Shown here piece after piece: positions 59,065-64,000 of a stretch of 64,000 nt of DNA. Positions within the stretch are counted from its first letter, which is position 1, and every line of letters starts with the position of its first letter. The position numbers were made by a program, and so were the translations under genes. This DNA is from Planctomycetales bacterium (lineage in GTDB: Bacteria; Omnitrophota; Gorgyraeia; Zapsychrales; Zapsychraceae), in the NCBI GenBank assembly GCA_005239675.1, contig SBBO01000044.1:5408-69407 (forward strand), written 5' to 3'. The notes below the pieces were generated by a model. The model ran no database searches. It was not told the DNA's origin and was given only the letters and a program-made list of their open reading frames with translations.

Positions 59065-60252
59065 CTAGGAACTGGCAACCCAAAGACCTGTTAAATACAT
59101 GATTAGATATCCAACAAGAAGTCCTGTCAAATTTAAAGGACGTAAAATCTCTTTTATGCCATGTTGACCAATAATGACCGCAATCACCTGTAAAATAGCC
59201 CCAGCGCCCATGGCAAGAAAAAATAAAGACCATACGGGAGAATACGTAAAGGCACCCATCCAACAACCTAAAATGGTTGGTGCGCCAGCCAGGACCCCAA
59301 GCCCCATGAGTCTCTTTAATGAAAACTTCTCTTGTAAAATCGGTGAAACAATCGCGATGCCTTCGGTTGTGTTGTGAATAGCAAAGCCCAGGACAAGCAT
59401 GGCGCCCAAGGTCAATTCTCCCAAGACATAGGCCGAGCCAATCGCTAGGCCTTCCCCTAGATTATGCAGGCCAATCCCCAAGGCAATGAGCCAGGACAAG
59501 ACAGGACCAAAGGTATTCGATGCCTGACGCTGTTGGATGCAATAGCTGACTCCTAATAAGAATAAATAGGTGCCAACGACGCCTAGGACCAACAAAGCGG
59601 GGCCATGAAAACTGCCTGGCAAGCCCTCAGTTAATTCAAGGCTCTCTGCCAGGGCATCCACAACAAGAAAGGCCAAAAGGCCGACGGTTAAATAAAGAAA
59701 AAAATCTAAACCTTTTTTTCCTAATCGACGTAGGAATGGAAACCAACACAACCCTAAAAAGACCGGGATGACACCGACATAGACCCCCAATAAGGCAAAA
59801 CGTGCAAGGGCGGGTAAAGTAATTGCTGGGGTTATACTCGCTACGTCAATGCCATAATCAAACGTAACGCCCGTAGAAGTTACCAAAAGGATTTCGACCG
59901 GCTCACCGACGTTCCATGGATAAGGGATTAACACCTGAGCCCTCTTAAGAGGATCCAGGGTCCTCTGAGGAGAAATTTCGTGGTACCAAAAGGCGCCACG
60001 CACCATGACCTGGGCAATAGTCACCGGATCAGGCCCAGCATTAATCACTTCCAACGTGATCTCATCTTTTGCGAGAGCATGGCGCAAGACATGCAGTTCT
60101 TCTACGGCCGGAAGATCACTCTGGAAAATCTTAGTTGGCCCTCCGGATAGAAAGGCGCCAATCATCAAACCCAGGAGCACTAAAGGCCCCAAGGCAAGCG
60201 AGATCATCTTAAGTCTGGTTACTTTATTTTCTGAACGTATCGGTTCCATCAT
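59065..60252 (-). CDS. ZIP-family metal permease with an extra N-terminal TM helix and a ~130-aa extracytoplasmic domain
   Basis: 395 aa. ZIP metal-site motifs GLHNLGEGLAIG and AIHNTTEGIAI. The N-terminal region (residues ~40-165) lies outside the ZIP core. Confidence 0.75.
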   Translation of the reverse strand: MMEPIRSENKVTRLKMISLALGPLVLLGLMIGAFLSGGPTKIFQSDLPAVEELHVLRHALAKDEITLEVINAGPDPVTIAQVMVRGAFWYHEISPQRTLDPLKRAQVLIPYPWNVGEPVEILLVTSTGVTFDYGIDVASITPAITLPALARFALLGVYVGVIPVFLGLCWFPFLRRLGKKGLDFFLYLTVGLLAFLVVDALAESLELTEGLPGSFHGPALLVLGVVGTYLFLLGVSYCIQQRQASNTFGPVLSWLIALGIGLHNLGEGLAIGSAYVLGELTLGAMLVLGFAIHNTTEGIAIVSPILQEKFSLKRLMGLGVLAGAPTILGCWMGAFTYSPVWSLFFLAMGAGAILQVIAVIIGQHGIKEILRPLNLTGLLVGYLIMYLTGLWVASS

Positions 60253-60256
60253 CCTC

Positions 60257-61354
60257 TCACTTAACTAAATCATGGTGTCCATGTTGTACTGTTGTCTTTT
60301 CATCCGTAGGCATCACACGGAATAATCCCATCCAGCCACGTTCCGCAAATTCAGTCTTATGGGCATGAAACATATAATCGCCAGGCTCAGGAAAACGCAC
60401 CTCAATAATCCCACGCTCTGCCTGACCCAGGATAATGGTATCCGTATAATCCCGCGGCTCTTTTTGAGTACCCGTTGGATAATAATCAAAAAATGTGGCG
60501 TGGATATGAAATGAATTAATCTGGTCGAATTCCAGCATATTAGCTAAATAGAGGCGCACCAGCTCATTTTGCTTGACCTCAATAGGGTGTCTATTGTAAT
60601 GAAAGGCAACGGTATTAACCGCATAGACCTCATTTTCTTCGTCAAAATTAGGATCAAACCCATTCATGATCATGTACATCTCCTTGGCGGGTGCACGCCC
60701 CTCTTTAGGGTCGACAATCCACAATCCATAAAGTCCGTTGTGGAGATGCTGAATTAAAGGGGTCGCGTGGCAATGATACAGATGAACCCCTACTGGATCG
60801 GCATCAAATTCATACACAAAGGTCCCCTGCGGTGGCACTAACTGATGGGCATGGGATCCATCCATCGCTGCCGCATGGAATCCATGAAAATGCATGGTAT
60901 GCGGCCGGTCTCCTAAATTTTTAAAGTTGACACGAATCCGTTCGCCCTCTTTGGCCCTTAACGTAGGACCGGGGACGTGACCATTGTAGGTCCATGCCGG
61001 GAAAAATATCCCTGGCGCAATCTCAATTTCTTTATTAATGGCATAGATTTCAAAAGTACGCAGTGTCCTTCCATCCGGCAAGGTGCTCACCGTCGAAGGT
61101 AAGACATCCGTTAAATACTTTGTGGGATCCAAACGAGAATGATCCACATCGCCTACAGTGCCCATCATGTAAGGTCTTAAATGAAGTCCGTTTAAACCAT
61201 ATTCAGAATCCCCATGACCCATCATGGCAGTACTGGGGAATGTCACTGCCAAGGATAAGGCAAGGACGATAATCAAAATTCCAGCGGCGCAAAACAAGGC
61301 TGACCGATTTTGTCTCAATTTAGATGATAAAAGATAGTTGATATAGTGTCTCAT
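60257..61354 (-). CDS. two-domain multicopper oxidase, N-terminally anchored
   Basis: 365 aa. Copper motifs HTMHFHG, YHCHATPLIQHLHNGL (T1 Cys in domain 1, Leu at the axial position), SFHIHA and MFHAHKTEFAERGWMG. Confidence 0.75.
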   Translation of the reverse strand: MRHYINYLLSSKLRQNRSALFCAAGILIIVLALSLAVTFPSTAMMGHGDSEYGLNGLHLRPYMMGTVGDVDHSRLDPTKYLTDVLPSTVSTLPDGRTLRTFEIYAINKEIEIAPGIFFPAWTYNGHVPGPTLRAKEGERIRVNFKNLGDRPHTMHFHGFHAAAMDGSHAHQLVPPQGTFVYEFDADPVGVHLYHCHATPLIQHLHNGLYGLWIVDPKEGRAPAKEMYMIMNGFDPNFDEENEVYAVNTVAFHYNRHPIEVKQNELVRLYLANMLEFDQINSFHIHATFFDYYPTGTQKEPRDYTDTIILGQAERGIIEVRFPEPGDYMFHAHKTEFAERGWMGLFRVMPTDEKTTVQHGHHDLVK

Positions 61355-61381
61355 CGGTGGTTTAAAAAATTTTTACTGCCA

Positions 61382-61834
61382 TTAAAAACACTTTTGACAC
61401 AACCCATAAAAATGCAATTCATGGCCCAAGACATGAAAGCCTTTCTTCTCTAATAAAGGAAGATAGGGTTGATTGGAGTCCTGGCACGGCATTTCAATGA
61501 CATCATGGCAACGGATGCAACGAGCATGATGATGAAGCTTCTCATCATAAATATGTTCGTAATGCTGGTGTTTCTCTCCAAAGGCGGTCTCACGGATAAT
61601 ACCAGCCTCTAGGAGTTCGCGTAGCCCACGATAAATGGTGGCCCGCGAGACCCGACACTGACGAGCCTTGCATTGCTTCACAAGCTCTTCAGCGGCAAAA
61701 TGACCGTGCGTATGAATGGCCACATTAAAGACAATCGTGCGACAGGCCGTTAATTTAACCCCCGCCTTATTGAGATAACGCTCAAATCGGCTGTACTCTT
61801 CATCAATTCTATTTTTAAAACTATTCACTCTCAC
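61382..61834 (-). CDS. Fur-family metalloregulator
   Basis: 150 aa. Winged helix RVSRATIYRGLRELLEAGII, a His-rich regulatory site (HQHYEHIYDEKLHHHARC), and two CxxC pairs (CIRC, CQKC). GTG start at 61834 or 61828. No upstream ATG or SD. Confidence 0.85.
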   Translation of the reverse strand: MRVNSFKNRIDEEYSRFERYLNKAGVKLTACRTIVFNVAIHTHGHFAAEELVKQCKARQCRVSRATIYRGLRELLEAGIIRETAFGEKHQHYEHIYDEKLHHHARCIRCHDVIEMPCQDSNQPYLPLLEKKGFHVLGHELHFYGLCQKCF

Positions 61835-61841
61835 AAGAGAC

Positions 61842-61869
61842 AGTGTATCATATCTAAACCAAAAGTCAA
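61842..61869 (-). promoter_or_regulatory. candidate promoter of the Fur-family gene
   Basis: Minus strand reads TTGACT (61869-61864), a 16-nt spacer, then TACACT (61847-61842). Directly preceded by three tandem heptamers at 61875-61895 (plus strand aaatgct aaatgct aaatgtt). The predicted TSS falls at or next to the GTG start. Confidence 0.3.
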
Positions 61870-62065
61870 GGAAAAAATGCTAAATGCTAAATGTTATTGC
61901 TGGAAGTTTTTCCTCGCGCTCAATAATTATTTGACGAATCTTTGGCTCTGCTTCAGATAATTTTACATAAAATTCCTTGGCGACCGACATTTCGGTTTGA
62001 GCAGAAAAAGATGACAATCGTTGTGTAATCGAACTTATTCATCCATGCTTGCTTTTCTGTATTAA

Positions 62066-62114
62066 AATAGCGGATGGCCGCTTAAGACTAGACACTAGGC
62101 GTCCATCCGCTATT
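62066..62114 (-). terminator. intrinsic terminator-like hairpin after the EHGG-repeat gene
   Basis: 12-bp stem aatagcggatgg (62066-62077) with ccatccgctatt (62103-62114). The 25-nt loop has an inner CTAG palindrome. On the minus strand the stem runs into UUUUAAU. Begins 8 nt after the stop codon. Confidence 0.55.
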
Positions 62115-62121
62115 GCCTTTT

Positions 62122-62682
62122 TTAATTTCCTCCGTGCTCTTTGTGCGCTGCCCCGCCATGTTCCACAGGGCTGCCTTCCGTCTGGGTAACCTCAGCCTTG
62201 ACAGGAACCCGATTGTCATTCTCATCGTAAGTGTAACGTTCTTTCCCGTCGAGCTTGTGGATCCTCACATCAACGATACTTAGTTCTCCTCCTTTATCTT
62301 CGACATCTAAATCCAGGTCGAGCATTTGACCAGTCTTGGTATCTTTGAAATCCGCGCAAGAGTAATAATAGTTGCCGGTCTTTCCCACCCGCTCATGCAC
62401 CCGAATCAATTCCAATGCACGGGTCTCGCCTGTCTGAGGGTCAAGAATATCAAATACGCCAGACGCTTTGGACTTTGCCATGACATGATCTTTCATGGCT
62501 GAACGAATAGCAGTGGCTGATGGTGCGCTCTTTCCCTCGTCTTCTTTTTTTGCTGTCCCGCCATGCTCCTTGCCGCCATGTTCTTTCCCAACAGCCGTCC
62601 CGCCATGCTCACCGGCAGAAACAAATGAACCACCCCAAAACATGATGCCTATGGCAACTATTAAACTCAATGTCTTACTCAT
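62122..62682 (-). CDS. exported His-rich protein with terminal EHGG repeats around an unassigned central domain
   Basis: 186 aa. Signal peptide MSKTLSLIVAIGIMFWGGSFVSA. N-terminal repeats GEHGGTAVGKEHGGKEHGGTAKK and C-terminal repeats VEHGGAAHKEHGGN. Strong SD AGGAGGG. Confidence 0.6.
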   Translation of the reverse strand: MSKTLSLIVAIGIMFWGGSFVSAGEHGGTAVGKEHGGKEHGGTAKKEDEGKSAPSATAIRSAMKDHVMAKSKASGVFDILDPQTGETRALELIRVHERVGKTGNYYYSCADFKDTKTGQMLDLDLDVEDKGGELSIVDVRIHKLDGKERYTYDENDNRVPVKAEVTQTEGSPVEHGGAAHKEHGGN

Positions 62683-62727
62683 TACATCCCTCCTGTTTTT
62701 ATTTCGATTTATATCACTTTCTTTCCT

Positions 62728-63762
62728 CTAATATATTAACGATGGTTTATCTTGCGGTAATCTTTCCCGAATCAGCCTGCTCACCTCCTCTCCTATGTTT
62801 ACATCCTCAAATCGAAGCGATGTCTTGACCTGCGAAAACTTCTTCCCATCCACCTCGACATAAGGATAAAAGAAATAATTAAGGGGTTCTGTGTTGGCAT
62901 TGGGCTCTAAAACGATGTCACGGCCGACACTAACCTCCAAGCGGTCAGCCCCGATTGCCCCGAAATAATACTCATATTTTGACTTGTTCTTCCATGCCTG
63001 TGAGATATCGACAGGTACCCATCCTAATTCTTCATCATAAAATTCCGCCCAGCAATGATAGCCAGGGATTTCCCCTTCCCTTTTGTCATTCGGCAGAGGA
63101 ACACCCATGATGAATTTGGCCGGAATCCGTGAAGCACGCGCCAGAGAGATAAATAGGGAATGAAAATCGGTGCAGTTGCCTGCCTTCAGTAAACAAACCC
63201 GTTCCGTATCACCATTACCCCAGCCGGGAATAACTTTGTCGTAAGAAACATTGGTAAAGACATAATCATAAATCGCCCGGGCCTTGTCCATGGTCGTTGT
63301 CTTCGCTTGGGTGATTTCCTCAGCTATCGCCTTAACCTTCGAGCTGATTGTGACCAGCCGGTCGGCGCGAAGATATTTACTTAAATCTTCTTTGGGCAAA
63401 GACCCCGAGGGAACGTATCTATTGGAATACTCAGAACGTTTGACTCGATAGCGCACATTAAATCTCAAGGAAGAATCCTGTGGTGAGGCAATCATATAGT
63501 TGAGAATCTTATTGTAGTAGGTCTTATCGTAACTGATCTTGCCGCCTTCCTGTGGTTCGATATTGATCTCCTGAATATCTTGATAAGGGGTCTGCGGTAA
63601 GATAGGGAGCCAGACTTTCAATTCTTTGGTCTCTTTGGGAATGCCTTCAATAAAAAACTCATAGCTAAAATCGACTGTCCTGAACTCAGGGACATTCGCC
63701 TGGGCGACGAACCACACTCCTGCCCCTGCCAATGTTAAGGCAATAAAGAATATCTTTCTCAT
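62728..63762 (-). CDS. exported transglutaminase-like (papain-fold Cys-His-Asp) protein
   Basis: 344 aa. Signal peptide. Catalytic-core motifs GNCTDFHSLFISLARASRIPAKF, GYHCWAEFY and GWVPVDIS. SD AAGGAG. Confidence 0.78.
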   Translation of the reverse strand: MRKIFFIALTLAGAGVWFVAQANVPEFRTVDFSYEFFIEGIPKETKELKVWLPILPQTPYQDIQEINIEPQEGGKISYDKTYYNKILNYMIASPQDSSLRFNVRYRVKRSEYSNRYVPSGSLPKEDLSKYLRADRLVTISSKVKAIAEEITQAKTTTMDKARAIYDYVFTNVSYDKVIPGWGNGDTERVCLLKAGNCTDFHSLFISLARASRIPAKFIMGVPLPNDKREGEIPGYHCWAEFYDEELGWVPVDISQAWKNKSKYEYYFGAIGADRLEVSVGRDIVLEPNANTEPLNYFFYPYVEVDGKKFSQVKTSLRFEDVNIGEEVSRLIRERLPQDKPSLIY

Positions 63763-64000
63763 TCTAAGGCTCCTTTGAAATTGAATCGCTGGGTAACCAC
63801 AATTAAACCAATCACAAAAAATGTAATTTTTATATTCATTACTTGAGCGTTAGATAATGGGACGCCTGGCCCGAATCTTTATCGCGTGCTTTAAACGCGA
63901 ATGGATGTAGTGTGGGTCTTCAGGATTTCGGCCCGTGCCGGCCGGGGCGAACCTTTATCCTCCGGCTTACGTCTCGCTCAATATCCCTCCTTTTTATCGC

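Noticed and set aside
61880-61990. 36-aa ORF as an antitoxin-like or regulatory small protein
   Set aside because: It has no Shine-Dalgarno, no partner ORF and no recognisable family. It may be a fragment. I mention it only within the intergenic finding.
63860-64000. Known riboswitch classes (fluoride, ZTP, guanidine, Mn, NiCo, c-di-GMP) for the GC-rich leader
   Set aside because: None of the class-defining conserved sequence blocks that I can recall is present. The element is also truncated by the window edge.

Overview
This 64-kb window is a stretch of bacterial chromosome that is mostly housekeeping genes. It is probably from an uncultivated diderm lineage, but I cannot assign taxonomy from sequence alone. 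About 60 CDS, 2 tRNAs and RNase P RNA lie on the minus strand. Only a GAF-GGDEF cyclase and a MerR-like gene fragment lie on the plus strand.

Genes in transcription order, from high to low coordinates:
- A metal-related island: transglutaminase-like exported protein, EHGG-repeat His-rich exported protein, Fur-family regulator, two-domain multicopper oxidase, N-terminally extended ZIP permease, and a membrane-anchored cupredoxin.
- xth, then a 318-nt spacer built almost entirely of nested repeats, then a receiver-domain gene, MarC and DUF486.
- lysS, lolD, lolC/E and ilvE.
- mcsA-mcsB-clpC, mlaE-mlaF-mlaD, and radA-yacL-ispD-ispF-cysE-cysS.
- tmk-holB-PSP1, metG and mtnA.
- thiL-tsaE-tsaB and alr.
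- pgk-tpiA-secG and a five-gene Opp-type ABC importer.
- A polytopic/TPR membrane protein, glgC and fabV.
- A small HTH protein, an orphan carrier protein and smc.
- The plus-strand GGDEF gene, then dnaG-rpoD and a NUDIX hydrolase.
- tRNA-CAU and tRNA-Val.
- A zinc-ribbon coiled-coil protein, then an RNase HI gene whose 3' end overlaps rnpB.
- yebC-ruvC-ruvA, scpB and pheA-hisC-aroF-tyrA.

I saw no CRISPR array, transposase, integrase, reverse transcriptase or recognisable defence genes.

The two best candidates for something undescribed are:
1. The tight Fur / multicopper oxidase / ZIP / cupredoxin operon (58.6-61.8 kb) with its neighbouring EHGG-repeat protein.
2. The repeat-built leader region at 57.45-57.77 kb.

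All functional calls rest on motif recognition in the supplied translations. No database search was possible.
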